Numbered from the stretch's first letter, positions 48,701 through 62,009 are shown. The stretch is 64,000 bases of DNA from Botryllus schlosseri (GCA_051294905.1 CM119372.1:372001-436000); one strand, 5' to 3'. Numbers and translations: made by a program. The notes: generated by a model from the letters alone, not told the origin.

Positions 48701-51700
48701 ACTGTGTAGCCATAATTCTAATTATAATCGAATTTCGAAAAAACTGTAGCTTTCATTCTAATTCTAGTGTAATTTGTAAAAAAACATGTGTAGCTATAAT
48801 TCTAATAATAATCGAATTTAGAAAAAACTGCAGCTTTCTTTCTAATTCTAATGTAATTTGAAAAAAAAACGTGTGTAGCTATAATTCTAACTCAATCTAA
48901 TTTGGAAAAACTGTGTAGCTATAATTCTAATTATAATCGAATTTTGAAAAAACTGTAGCTCTCATTCTAATTCTAGTGTAATTTGTAAAAAAACTGTGCA
49001 GCTATAATTCTAATTATTATTGAGTTTGGAAAAAATTTGTAGCTTTTATTCGAATTATAATAAAATTTGGAATGTCGTATGTACTGCAAACTTGGCTACG
49101 ACCTTATCGGGAAAACCAGAAATGAAACTAGAATTAAAAGTAGATCACAGAAACATTTCAAAATCAGATTAGAATTAGAATTAGAATTCCCGAATTCAAA
49201 TTAGAAAGTAACACAAATTACTAATGATCATTTTATTTCTAATCTAATTTGAAAAAGCAGAAAATTTTCAATCGCACTCCAACTCTGCCACTCACCTTTC
49301 GTGACTTCTTTCGCGTCGTTTCCGTTTGAGGCAGTCTGATAAATTCTTTTCACGAGTTCCATATTTTTCAATAAATTATTAAAGGCAAGAAAAAAAGTGA
49401 AACTGACAGTCTGCTGGCCCATCGTTTTGCTGACCTGCAGAAAAATCAAAGAGTTCCGTATGTTTGTCGCGAACTGAACGGCTAAACTTGTACAAGCTAA
49501 CTGCCAACAACTCGTTTTTCGAGTAGTTTTCCGGATTTTGAAAAGGGAGTAGTTTTAGTTCTAGTTGCACATTTTCAAAATCCAAATCGCATACCCCGAT
49601 TAAATTTTCTTTCACAAAATCTGTGAGCAGATGAGGTCTGATGGTTTCCATGACGTCACGAAACGCGAGTAGCGATATCGAACCTTCTTTACGGACGTCG
49701 AATCGATCGAAAGCTTGCATTGCGTGCTCGACTTGAAGCTCCTGAATTGAAAAATATTGTTACACTTATTCAGGAAGTAAATTCATCATTTCTGATTGTG
49801 AATAGTGATGGACACAATGATTTGAGTCAAGTAGTGATTTTTTCCAGTATGCTGGAATGGTACACTCCTTGCCACTAAGAGTGAATCTATTAATGTGAAT
49901 TATAGTTTTGATACTATTTGCCGCTGTGGAAGGCTGCATCGCAACGAAACATGCAGTGCAAAACTATTCAGTACCTATTCAGTAGGCCTACTCAAGTAAG
50001 TAGAAGCAATGTATTTTAGAAAAGCCTTTGGAGGCAGAACTAGAACACAAATGTCAACATAGAAGCTTACGTCAAGCACTTGGAATCGCTGAAGCTATTG
50101 TTACATAACACTATTCAAAGTAACAATGAGAAGTAAAGAATGCCAGATGTTGAGAAGTCAGACATGGAGGTGTATCAAATTGTTCTATTGTTTAAAAACA
50201 AGAAGCGCTACTACTTCTGGCAGCGTACAAAAACACCAGCACACTTATGGGGGCATTCCCGAGGGGGGATTAGGCAGATCAAAAAGACTCTGGGGGGGGG
50301 GTTACAAAATTTCAATATACTATTGAATAGTATATTCATATTGAAACGAACCCGGATATTTTTAGGGGGAATCGTCAGCGGCTAGTAGACAATTAAAAAG
50401 AGTAAAGTATATCAATAATATTATCATCAAATATGATGTAACCGACACAAAAATAGAAATAATTGATGCAGATAACTTGAGCTCACAAACTCCTACTGTT
50501 GGTACATTTTGATAAAATGCACTGGGACACAAATGAAAGAATCTGTTGGCTCAATAATTTTTCGCACAAATAAAATTATCCATTAGATGTTTGCCAACAT
50601 TGGCAGAATTCATGGCCGTTGCCTGTTCAATTGTGGATACACAATGTTCTTTTCAATACCGACAACATTCTGGTTTATTTCAATATAAATATACTAATCA
50701 ATTGTACAAATCAAACAATAGAAGAATCGAATGCTGCAGAATTGATTAAAAGAGATATTACTGGAATTACCTGTAAAAATTGAGTGAATTCCGGATAGTT
50801 TAGCGATTTGTCAAGATTTTTCCCAAAATGCCTCTTGATGAAAGTGCATTCCCAATTGAAGGGAATGTGGCGATGACTTTCGGTTTGACCGAAAATTTCC
50901 TTCACTTCACCTGAAAAAGTTTCATTTCAAAAATATTACTATTCCAAGATAATCTTGGGGTACAGAACTTCAGCATACAATTGAATAATATTTTAGTATT
51001 GCAATAAACCGCAGGTTGACCCATTGTCTATATAAAGTTCTTTCCAATTCTCTACTAGTTGCTGAGGATTACCCCTGTCAAGTGTTAGCGGAAAATATTC
51101 GGGTTTATTTCAATATCAATGTACTACTATTCAGTCGAAATTATCCAACATATATTACAGGCTGGTGCTTTGACACAAATGTCAATGATTTTATTATGTC
51201 ATTGAAAAGTAAGTCACTAACAATAAATCAGGTACTTGTCTGTAGTTAAGGCTTGTTGATGCATTTTTCCAAGAAAACTGCCAATATCATGGTTAGTAAA
51301 GTAATTGTAGAGTATCATGTTTTAAGCTCACATTTACTTATTGAAATTTATTGGAGAGTAATTGTTACCTACATTTATCCCATATTTGAAAAAATATTTG
51401 ACTTGAAGATTGTTCACTTTTGGTCAACTTACTGTTGGACACGTTACATAACCCGTGCCTTATAAAATCTCACACTTTTCCCATACATGCGCCACATTGA
51501 GAAGCGTTCCCCACAACCTTTAATTAAACTATGTAACACAGACTTGGCTGATGTACATCGCCGGGGTTCGGGGGTTAACCCTTTGCGACCGGCTGTCTAG
51601 TATACTAGACCGCGACTGTTTAACGCAGAAGAGTCGATATGTAATCCAAGATAGGTAGACCTGTATTGGTCATAAACGATTGCAATCGGTTTGTATGTAT

Positions 51701-54700
51701 AGCTCTTATAAATACGCATACATCAGACCATGTATAACCTAATGTTGCAATGTATATCCTGCTTGAAATGCAGATTGAACACGCAAAAATGTTTCCCGCA
51801 AAATTTAATTCGTAATGATGTTCGCGTGAGTGACCGCCTGAAATATAAACCATTGTATATTCCGTTCTAGACGTCATATAACCGATTACAGTTATCTTCT
51901 ATTACTTGTTGTTGGTCATACTGTTCTATGAAAGTCCTTATATCGAAGATTAGCACGTAGAGATGTTTCAAATTGACGTGAAAGAAGCATACCTTATTAC
52001 GTGAAAATCATGGCTGCGTAAGATGACCTGACTAGTTGCGATTTCAAACAGATGTACAATTGCTTCAGGCAAGAGCAAATTATACATATGGTTAGCCATT
52101 ATCCTGGCATATCCATCAATATCCCTATAATGGAGCTTAGTTTTGTATAAGAAAGCCGACCCCAGCCCTAACACCGCACAAATAAGCGTGCGAGTTAGGC
52201 TATTTTTGTACCCGAGCCTGTGATAACAACATCATATAGAGGCAGTTATATATCTGTTTTAGATGGCACACAAAGTTACTGTTGGCTTCTATGACTACTG
52301 TTGATCATACATGGAACAGTAGCCGTGTAGAATACAGTTCAAATTGACGCGAAATAAAGCAATGTATCACGTAAAATGACTTCCCGAGCGTATATGGGCA
52401 CTGGGCAGTGTCGAATAAGGCAATATGTGTATACTTACAGATCCCTTGAAGTTGCAAGTTACATATAACAAGCAACTGGGGTTGATAACACTTCAATAGC
52501 ATGGAGATGTATACTAACGGCAAAATTGCCAAGGCAGTTACTATGTTATGTAGAACTGGACGCGCGTTGCCTTCAGCGAGAATACGAGATTACGTAATCG
52601 ATTACTAATCGGCGGCGGCCGCGTGATTGTGCTTATCGTCTCTACCTTTCCAAGACCGTAGCGCTGGGCTATGAAGCGCTATAGTAGCGTGTAATGTCTC
52701 GTTGGAACGTAGAGATTCATGCGGAAGGCAATCAGGTGGTCATATACTAAGAGAGGGCCTGGGTATGACGTCAGGAGATATAGAAGAACAAAAATTGTAT
52801 TTTATTTTCAAGAAATCGAGAACATTTTCTCGCATAACGCTATTCCCTCTGGCGTCTGAGCCGTGAGAGTATCTCAGACCGCTAGGCGGCTACTTCAGGT
52901 TTACGGCAATATATTGGGCGTCGATTTAAGCCATATGGATGACATTTTATCGTTTTTTACGTGGATGCAGTAAAATTTTGGTCAGTAGGCCGGCCGGTTA
53001 CAAAGGGTTAACAGTGGATATCGCTATGGGTTGGGGAATTTAATCTGCATGTAGCATGAATAGTTGTACATGTACATTTACATCTGCTCATGGTATAAGC
53101 CTCATTGTCTATATTGCATGCTTTGCATTTGAAAAACAAGAGTTTCCACACGATAACGCAGTACAAAGTTCCCTGCCTAGTCACAGTTGTCTAGTATTTC
53201 TGCTGAATCGCCATTCCTGCTGTCAGGCAAAACTGGTCAATGAGAATGCTCTGCAATGTAATCAGGCGCCAACTAGGGCCAAGTCAAAATCGAGCACCTG
53301 ACCGATTCAATTCCGAATCGAGTATTAGGCTTCAGGCTGCGTGTTGCTAATTCTACAGAATTAAATACGTGAAATGTTCAAATTTGTACCTTTGACGCGA
53401 CCACAAAGAATATAATACCGGTTCTATATCACAGAAAATAATATTTGGTATTTTTTCGACCATACCTATTTTATTGCAGTTTGTGACAATGTTGTGGCTT
53501 CACAGATATATCATTTCCAGTAACGTGCTTGGCTTTGTACTACATGTTTCGGATACTGCGATACGACCTATCAAGATTTTAAGCCTTTCACAGTGGAACA
53601 TATTATCGAAGCTATAGTTCTCATTGATAAATCAACTCTTAGGAATAACTCGAAATAAAACATCCCTCAATACTTGACTCAAATCATCAGACTTGATGCT
53701 TGATTCAGATTCAAGAACTCAAATCATTGTGCCGAGCCCTAGTAAGCAGGTGCCCACACACCACCTTACAATATATCAAAGACATCCACTAGTTGATTTT
53801 GTTGCAGCACAATGTCTCTGTTATTTACAAATACTCAGAACAGGAGCACTGGCTACATATCATAAAAACACAAGTTATACATTCTCCATAATGTAAGGTT
53901 AAAGTTATATAGGGAAAATAACTCACGGAACGTGATCTGGCCGTTACAATTGACGTCGAAAAGATTAAAGGCGAGTTGGAACAACGAATCCGGAAGACTC
54001 AGGATGGACTCGAACGCTTGAAATTCTGGCCACGAGATCAAGCTGAAAACATAGATCACCGAGTCATAATCAGACTTGTACGAACTACTGGATTTTCAAA
54101 ATGCGCAACTAGAACTACAAGTACCGTTCTCACTTTTCAAAACTCGCAAATAGAACTAGAACTAAAGACCTTCCAAACTCACCCATCACAGGAAGTGTCC
54201 GCCACCCCTCCCACTAAATTCAAAGTATTAACGTTTCGATTTTCAGATTGCATCATCAGAAGATATTTCACGATGAAGTCTTCCTTTGTCATATATTTCT
54301 GACCTTCCTTCTCGACGCTGGCATACTGGCAAAAACATTTCGTTAAAATTTTACAAGTATATAAACCGATGTGTTTAATGCTTACTTTCATGAAGATTTC
54401 CTTCAATTGCGCACTGTCAGAAGGCTTCATATTCCAACTATTATTTCAAAACTAATAAAAATTAAATTTGATAATCGCTATCATTTATATCCTTGTAAAG
54501 AGAACACAGTAATTCAGAACTGTTCCACCATGATATTGGGCACGAAAGCAGGGCTACCCATGTACCCAACTATATTTAGCAAAGGTTCAGTTACAAAAGT
54601 TTTATATTTGATAAAACATTTCATGAAACAATTTACAGTCATATACAAATGTAATACACGTTATAGGTCTAACTATATTGGCTACTGTATACAAAGTGTT

Positions 54701-55315
54701 GTCAGCAAAACCAAAAGCGAAATGTATATATTGTCATTATTTGAGCCTGCCGTTTTTATTTATTGCTCTTCAAATTCTTTACACTGTTCACACAGATGCG
54801 CAATCTATCTTTCTATTCTAGTCTAGAGTTCGTGTTTGAAAAGGCTATGAGAATTTCTCTGCTATTGCCGAATTCCGTCAATGGAGTAGCCTGATATTAA
54901 TTCTACGGTGTATATAGAGATTCCATATATATTGACTGAGTAGCGGTTTGTCCTAATTCACTACGCGATATACAAAATTACTGAAAGCGAAGTGTTTATA
55001 TGGGTACTTGAAGCAGAAGTGCCGTGCCGGACATATTCAAAACAAAGTTCTATTCTGAGCTCAAGCCTATTGTAACGCGAAATTCTTCCCCTGCCGCGAT
55101 TAGGTTTCGCAACGAAAACTACCTTTTCAAACGAATGGAGGTACGAGACCAGGTGTATTCCTCTTATTATTTCAAACTAGGGTCAAAATACGTACTACAG
55201 TCCTACAATTTCGACGAGACATGGATATCGGCGTGGCATTTCATTCATTAAAATATTAGAACCTTGAGTAACCTTGTTTTGTCACGACTGCAGCGCATGA
55301 TATCTTGCACGCCAT
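42793..55315 (-). CDS. SLC25A12: Calcium-binding mitochondrial aspartate/glutamate carrier (aralar/citrin, SLC25A12/SLC25A13 co-orthologue), 681 aa, 17 exons
   Basis: Exons (minus): 55263-55315, 54386-54437, 54183-54325, 53927-54042, 50771-50910, 49595-49741, 49296-49434, 48355-48533, 47792-47870, 47614-47735, 47243-47332, 47110-47187, 46640-46780, 45128-45266, 44026-44138, 43162-43309, 42793-42959 (2046 nt). EF-hand N-terminal half ([25 protein letters not shown]). Three carrier signatures: [34 protein letters not shown]-terminal [22 protein letters not shown]. Exon 1 is phase-consistent but less certain. Confidence 0.95.
44336..44816. mobile_element. Fold-back MITE with telomere-like TTAGGG/CCCTAA motifs, Merlin-like ends
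   Basis: TIR GGC(T/G)CTTCTTCGATATACCCCC extending into a long palindrome; TSD AAACTTAG/AAACTTGG; splits a family D element. Confidence 0.8.
46393..46525. repeat. 24-bp tandem repeat, about five units
   Basis: Unit approximately GGGTGTGTTCGGACATCATGTCTG. Confidence 0.85.
48670..49075. repeat. Minisatellite of ~42-45-bp units derived from family D subterminal sequence
   Basis: About nine units of AATTTGGAAAAACTGTGTAGCTATAATTCTAATTATAATC. Confidence 0.85.
51579..53007. mobile_element. piggyBac-like non-autonomous element
   Basis: TTAA|CCCTTTGCGACCGGC...GCCGGTTACAAAGGG|TTAA; no intact transposase seen. Confidence 0.85.
53274..53741. mobile_element. MITE family G
   Basis: TAGGGC...GCCCTA ends and a conserved body (TTCTTTGTGGTCGCATAAAAGG; CGTATCGCAGCATACGAAACATGTAGTAC). 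Copies at about 1-100, 3400-3860, 23968-24417, 34000-34405, 39240-39683, 41320-41770, 49800-49970. Confidence 0.8.
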
Positions 55316-55477
55316 TGGTTCGAATCGTTGAGGCATTATAGCCGGGTGCGTGATACGCGACTGGTTCGGGTGAGTTTTATTGATGTTTTTATCATTTCAT
55401 AACGTCGCAAGATTGTGATAAAATCAATAGATATTGTCAACCGAAAATATTCGGGCTCATTTCAATAGTCAATTGCA

Positions 55478-57025
55478 TGCATCGGGGTTGTATTCGAAAA
55501 GTTGCTCCTCTCCCGCCTATCCTCATTCCTCGCCAGAATGTCTGTCATTTCCCCTCAACAATTTGGCTTCCGAAACAAACACCAAACCGCACATGCCCTC
55601 CTAACAGTGGCCGAACAGTATTATAATATCTCAGAGAAGCAAAATAAGGGATGTAGCATTTTTCTCGATCTATAAAAAGCGTTTGACTGCGTAGATCATG
55701 AAATTCTCATCTCGAAATCGGCGCGTTACGGACTTCATGGCCCACAACTTGAGCTCATGAAAAGTTACCTCACTGGACGCCAACAAATGGTATCGATCTC
55801 AAACACCGTGTCCTCTCCTCACCTGATGACTTGTGATGTAGGCCTACCCCAACGCTCAGTACTTGGACTGGTTCTCTTCACCTTATATGTCAACGACATT
55901 TTTGAAACCTCCTCATTGAACACCACACTGTTCGCTGATGATACTCACCTCCTCTCTTCCGCATCTTCGACGGCAGAGCTGGATGCGCTGACTAGTGACC
56001 AAATGCCTAAAGTCCATGAGTGGACGGCCCAGAATAACCTTTGCATAAACGCCTCGAAATCCCAATTGCTGACAGTAAATTCAAGAAATAACCTAACCGT
56101 TAATATCGCTGGTCAGCCCGTATCCAACACAGACAATGCCAAATATCTCGGGGTTTTACTGGACTCGAACATGTCCTGGAAGAGTCATATTCAGTCCCTA
56201 GACAAAAAATTATCACCGAAGTGCGGCTTGTTCTACAGCCTTAGGCGCTTCATGCCAGCATGGGTTCTTCTGATAAATCCTTGATCCAATCGAAGTTACA
56301 TTATGGCATCCTCTGTTGGGGGGCTGCCAGTAAAACTGCACTCAAGCCACTGCAGAAACTACAGCATGAAGTACTCCGAATCATTGCTAGGGCTCCAAAA
56401 GGGCCTGGCTGCCCATCCAACAAGTCGCTGCTGAAGAGATTCGGCGTCCTAAACATAGAAGATATATGCGGAAACTAGAAATCGCCAAATTTATGTATCA
56501 GTTCCACTGCGGTCGTTGCCCCGAATATTTCAATGACTTCTTTACCTCGGAATCAAAAGCGCATAAGTAGGCTACAACACACGCGCGTCCACGTCGTCCA
56601 AATATCATATGATCGACCGAAAAGATCATCGCTCTATCAAATATGCCGGACCTGATGTGTGGAACAGTATCCCGCCGGCCATCCGACAGTCGACGAGCAT
56701 GTCCACATTCAAGTCGAAATACAATAGCAATTAGGCCTACTACTAGATAAATACAGTCCATCCTCAAGATTACCGGACCACGACCGACCTATCGATCTCG
56801 CTTCCCATGACATGCCGCCCTATTTCCTTGTCGCTTTCTTTTTTCTATACTATCTTATTTACTTTTATTCAGTGTGCATGCCTCCTCTTTTCATCGCCTA
56901 GGCCAAGGTGGGTGTCTGATTTCATAGACTACTCCAAGTCGCTTCGACATCTTCCTGTCTTTTCATTGTATCGCATTTTTGTGGTGTATTGAACTGATGA
57001 AAATTGCTAATAAACCAATGATGAT
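55478..57025 (+). mobile_element. 5'-truncated, decayed non-LTR retrotransposon (CR1/L2-type RT and 3' UTR)
   Basis: RT motifs VFEKLL...QQFGFR...IFLDL*KAFDCVDH...GLPQRSVLGLVLFTLYVND...LFADDT...KYLGVLLDSNMSWKSHI, with an in-frame stop and frameshifts. Ends in AATAAA and a (GAT)n tail. Candidate TSD AATTGCA at 55471-55477 and 57026-57032. Confidence 0.9.
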
Positions 57026-57182
57026 AATTGCAGTTCTGTACCTCCAAAAAGCTCTTCAAATTGGAAGGATCGAGTTGGGAAGACTTGGATTGTTCCTTCT
57101 AACCCACCTTAGCCCAGAAGATTTACAACAGAACTTCCGGCAGCTTATGGCGCCACGATATGATTTTTTATGGCACGCCAAA

Positions 57183-57589
57183 TAGGGTTACCATACGTCC
57201 TCTTTCAAAAGGATTTGTCCTCTTTTTTTACTTTTTTGAAAGCCTTTTGTCCTCTTTTTTAAGATTTTGTCCTCTTTTTTGAGAATTTTGGTCAAATTCG
57301 CGACCAAAATGCGACTGATATGCTGTAAATCAGCACCGAAGTACGCTCCGGAGGGTGTTTCGGGAGCTGAGCCGGTCAGTTGACCTTTTTTCAGTCAACC
57401 ACCAGATAATGTGAAGGAAAAAAACAGTATTTTCGGCGCTGAGCGAGAAAGTTGATCTTTTTTATAGTCAACCGACCACGAACTGTAAAAAATTTTACCA
57501 TTCTTTCGGGATTTTCCTGCGTTTTTGCAAGTCTGTTAATTCTGATAAAGTGTCCTCTTTTCAGATTTCCAAAATATGCATGGTACCCA
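57183..57589. mobile_element. hAT (Blackjack-like) MITE
   Basis: TAGGGTTACCATA...TATGCATGGTACCCA ends with GTCCTCTTT subterminal repeats; similar ends at about 35460-35475 and 62080-62092. Confidence 0.6.
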
Positions 57590-57592
57590 TTT

Positions 57593-59210
57593 CCGCGCAT
57601 TATAACCAGAGGTGGTCAGTAATGAAGTACTTCTACTTTCTCGAAGTACTTATGTAGTTTTCCTCTACTTCTGGTACTTACTCAAGTAGATATGATTTTC
57701 GCTACTTCTACTTCGACTTCGAAATATTTTGTGATCTACTTACTTACTTTTCGCTATTTTCAGTTTGTCAAGTAGAAGTAGTTCAATCTTCCAATCAGGA
57801 AGATAGCCTGAGGAATTTCGCGGCTGTTTTCACGGAGTATCCACAGCAAATTTTCATAAAAGTTGAGTGAAGCCCAGAATTTTCGTCGCGTTTCCCGCGC
57901 AGTGGATGCGGAGTTACCAGTGTGATTTCACGAAAGTATCGATGAATATAATTTAGGTAGCTGGTTGGCGTGGTTCCGTTCACATAGATATCTCTGCGTT
58001 CACACCACATTGTCGCCCATCGCCCATATGAAATAATTCATCACAGTATATATGGCTCACCATAACGTTTGAAACTGATGTTTCGCAATCTAGCATTTGC
58101 TTGTCATATCGTAATCTAGCATGTCCATGGCGCGTCCTAACCTGGAAAAGTGGACTCTGACTTGTTGTGTTAGTATTAGAGCTGTTTTAGCATACCACCT
58201 TTGAAACCTTCTTTACTAAAGGCATGAAAATCGTGTTCCGCTTTCAGAAGTAGTATTCATGTTTCATTTACAATTCCCAGTATCATATATACTTTGAGTT
58301 ATAATTAATATTAGTTCTTTTGTCTGAATAAAATACATGTTGAAGTATAAAAGCAAGTGTAGTACTAGTGCCTTTGATTTCCGGAAATAAATTTACACAA
58401 TATAGTATTTTTAGGGTCCTCCGTATTTTTTATTAACGTTTACTAATCGCGTAAAGTGTTTACACCGTATCCTATACAACTTCTCCGTATTGCTCTTCGA
58501 CTAAACTGCGGACCTTATAATATGGGGGATGGCGCCATACCATGCTATTTTCCAAAACGTGTTGTCCGAGAAAGCAGAGGATAAGCATCGCATTTCCATA
58601 TCAATACTATCATTTTCATCCCATGATGTGGACGAATGCCTAAGCTATCGAAAATTGGATACCGGCTGGTATGCATCAATATGAATCAAGCTCGTCACCT
58701 TTCGCATAGCTCAATTTGCACCTTTTTACAATCCATGTGAACAAATTAGGATCATTTTCACAACTACTTACTTACTTGAGTACTTTTGAAGTCGGTCAAT
58801 TCTACTTCTACTTCAAGTAGTTTTAGATTGCTTATGGAAGAAGTACTTCTACTCGTACTTGAGTAGATTTTTATTCGCTACTTCTACTTCTACTTGAGTA
58901 GCTTTCTTGACTACTTGGACCACCTCTGGTAATGGTTATGCGTCCGGCTTCTCGATCGGTAGGTCGTGGGTTCGATCCCCGGCCGGATCATACCAAAGAC
59001 TCGAAAATTGGTATCCGCAGCTATCCTGCTAGACGCTCAGCAATCACGGATAGCATGGAGGAGAAAAAAAACGGGGGCGCAGACTAGATGACCTCACGGC
59101 CGTATCGCAACTCCGTCGTCAAAGCATCTCGATGGTGCAGGCGAAAAAGAATATCATCTCTCTGTCTCCCATAGGGTGATGAACCGACCCCCCCCCCATC
59201 ACGTTGTTCG
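57593..59210 (+). mobile_element. tRNA-derived SINE, 5' end interrupted by a TIR element
   Basis: B box GGTTCGATCCC at about 58969-58979 and an A-box-like TAATGGTT, followed by a non-tRNA body GATCATACCAAAGACTCGAAAATTGGTATCCGCAGCTATCCTGCTAGACGCTCAGCA. Main body about 58930-59210. Confidence 0.75.
57606..58929. mobile_element. Non-autonomous TIR element (family B, AGTAGAAGT/TACTT-rich subtermini)
   Basis: TIR CCAGAGGTGGT...ACCACCTCTGG with subterminal CTACTT arrays. Related fragments at about 1370-1660, 10480-10830, 14320-14570, 16700-16890, 29700-29990, 33050-33270, 34790-35300, 37100-37260, 48180-48340, 60130-60415. Confidence 0.8.
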
Positions 59211-60502
59211 CTTTTACCACGAAATTAGTTGTACTCTTTAGTGAGCACGCGCCAAGCGCGAAAATTTTCGATGATTCATAATAAAATCGGTGAATAAGAT
59301 CGGGAATTGCATATATATTGCTATCAATTTCTGGTCCTCTCTGCTCGCGTAATCAGATTTAGCGCTAGAGCTGACTGAGGTGTCTTGGAAACTGTAGGGC
59401 GCGTAAATATAATAATTAAACATCTTCGGGCGGGCGGGCCCGTTGGTATGACTTCTCTACATTATGTTATTTCCTGACCTCAACAATATCATAAAATGAA
59501 GAATCGCAAAAACGTACTAAACTAAAATACGCACACGATTTCAAATTGGTATTTCTTCACCGGCATATAATTTTTCCGTGCGAGATGGTATTTGTCTTGT
59601 GAGGTTAAGATTGCCAAGACAGGAACATTCGTCGCCAGTCATTTAGGCGCCTATGGACATTGGACAATTAAACCTATATGTATCAGCATAAGCGCAGTTC
59701 TTTTCGGCCAAGGTTTTCTGGCTGCCGATCGTTCTGGCACACCTCTTGGGGTCGCATGTTACATTGCCTGAAATTTTATATCTTGGTGCGTCGTGGCGCG
59801 GGAATGGCCAACGTCGATATGCCCATTTCTATAAATCTTGCGGTATTTTTTCTTGGGTGAAGAGTACCCAATAATGAAGATATTCGGCAACTTGAAATCG
59901 CGCCTAGTGCGAAAATTTTTTGAAAAAGCTGCATAAATTTTCAAAAAATACTCTATAATTTATGCTAATTCACGAAATAATTTTGGGCCCCCTTTGAGCT
60001 CGCCCCCCCCCGTTGGGGGGTTTGGGGTGCGGCAGTTACGGTCCGGAGGATAGGTAAATGCTAGATAGGTTGTGAAACTACTTGTTTCAAACGTTATGAT
60101 GGGCCATATTTACTGTGATAAACTATTTAATATGGGCGACAATGTGGTGTGAGTAAAGAGAGCCACGCTACCGCTACCTAAATTATAGCCTATACCAATA
60201 CTTTCCTGAAAACATACTTGTCACTCCATATCTACTTTGCGCGAAGCGCGATGACAATTCTGGGCTTTACTTAACATTTATGAAAATTAAATGTCGGTAC
60301 TCCGTGAAAACAGCCCCGAAATTCCTCAGTCTCTCTTTCGAATTGGAGGATTATGCTACTTCTACTTGACAAACTTCAAATAGCGAAAAGTTAGTAAGTA
60401 GATCACAAAATATTGCGAAATAATGCGATACAATGAAAGACAGGAAGATGTCGAAGCGACTAGGAGTAGTCTATGGAATCAGACACCCACCTTGGCCTAG
60501 GC

Positions 60503-62009
60503 CAGTGGTTCCCAACCTTTTTCATCTCGTGCCTCCCTTGGCCGAAATTTAAGCCGAAATTCCCCCCTTAGGAGAAATATGCCCGAGGAGTAAAAAAAGG
60601 TCATTTTTACCGCGCTAACACCTGTTGACTGAGAGAATAAGACGGGCGGTACCGAGTGGTTGTTTCTAGCAGGGCCGTAACAACACTTTGTAGACCTCCA
60701 AAAACAACGGTCTTGGTCCCAATCAAACAAATTCTGGAAGGCAGACAGACCCCCACACTTCCATTTGTGTTTTCGGCTTACCATGCACCAATCGCTAATA
60801 TAACTGCTGTGAAAAACCGGTATGCATAAATTTACTGGTCTCGCGATTTTTTCTCAAGCTTGCGTATGCATTTGGCCAATAATATTGGTACTTTCATATA
60901 TAGCAGGGTTGACCAGACTCGAGTCACCATTTTCTGATGACTCGACTTGACTCGAGTCATTTTCTCAAAATACGGAAACGACTCGACTCGAGACAATCTT
61001 TGTATTGACTCGACTTGGACTCGAGTCATTGTGGATGACTCGAACCAAGCCATATGACTCGAGACTATAAGACAGCCAAGACCGACATTTCATTGTAATT
61101 TCGAAAAACAATAAAGTGACCATGACCACCCTATTGGAATTTCGTCTAATGGTCCTGGTACTTGAAAATGCTACAAGAAACTGCTCAAGGTGAGGAAAAT
61201 TAGTATATTATAGATCCAAATCATTCAATATCACCAAACAGAGTCATATTTTGTGATACGATTGTTGATATACAATGTTCTTTCCAAATCTCTACTAGTT
61301 GCTGACGATTACCGCTGACGATTGTCAGCCGAAAATATTCGGGTTCATTTCAATATGAATATACTATCCAAGCAGAGTTATAAAAAGTGGGTTTCACAAG
61401 ACTTCAACTGGAAACTGAGCAGTCAACACAATGACTTGGACTCGGACTCGAGTCATAATACCATGACTCGGACTCGACCCTCTGCTCGGTGACTTGGACT
61501 CGGACTTGACTCAATGGTGAATTGAAAATGACTCGACTTGACTCGAGTCAAACTATGAAAGTGAGATTGACTTGTGACTCGGAGCCTCGTGACTTGGTTA
61601 CAGCCCTGATATATAACATACACGTGATCAGATTTCCTGTTGGAGCTCATTGAAATTTAGGACACCCATTCCGTTTCGGCAACATTGCAACAAGTTTAAC
61701 ATGTCTTTTCTTCGATCGGGTAGCTGTTCACTAAAAATAAAGCGAGGCTAGTGATCTCTTTGACTTGAATCGATGACGTTGGAATATTTTGACACTGTCT
61801 AAAAATGTTGACTTGAAAATATAAGATAAATACTTTCACTAGAAGCCTTATTGTGATAGATTCGGCACGACATTTGCTCGCTTAGGATATATTTGATTGA
61901 GAGGCCGTCGCTGACCTACAAATCCGTTAAAATTCCAAAGTGGAATTCCTCCCTAAAAATTGCAATATTCCCCCCAAGGGGGGAATTCCTCCCCGGTTGG
62001 GAACCACTG
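60503..62009. mobile_element. hAT non-autonomous element
   Basis: TIR CAGTGGTTCCCAACC...GGTTGGGAACCACTG; perfect 8-bp TSD GCCTAGGC. Confidence 0.9.
60904..61608. mobile_element. hAT-like MITE family A nested in another hAT element
   Basis: TIR CAGGGTTG...CAGCCCTG; TSD ATATATAG/ATATATAA; carries a family F insert at about 61245-61370. Confidence 0.85.

Noticed and set aside
54371..54826. 151-aa plus-strand ORF and other antisense ORFs over exons
   Set aside because: No recognisable motifs; they are antisense or intronic by-products of the minus-strand genes
121..55315. MITEs acting as introners that supply both splice sites
   Set aside because: In the introns examined the elements sit inside the intron with unique sequence at the donor and acceptor; no family spans an intron end to end
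55757..56478. Functional or domesticated reverse transcriptase gene
   Set aside because: 5'-truncated, with an in-frame stop and frameshifts; an ordinary dead LINE copy
58930..58990. tRNA gene
   Set aside because: Only A/B-box-like motifs; no convincing cloverleaf, and it continues into a SINE body
5051..61650. Recurring short ORFs of the type MTWFES...MTRVKSSH as a small-protein family
   Set aside because: They are translations of family A MITE GACTCGAGTC arrays, with variable frames and stops
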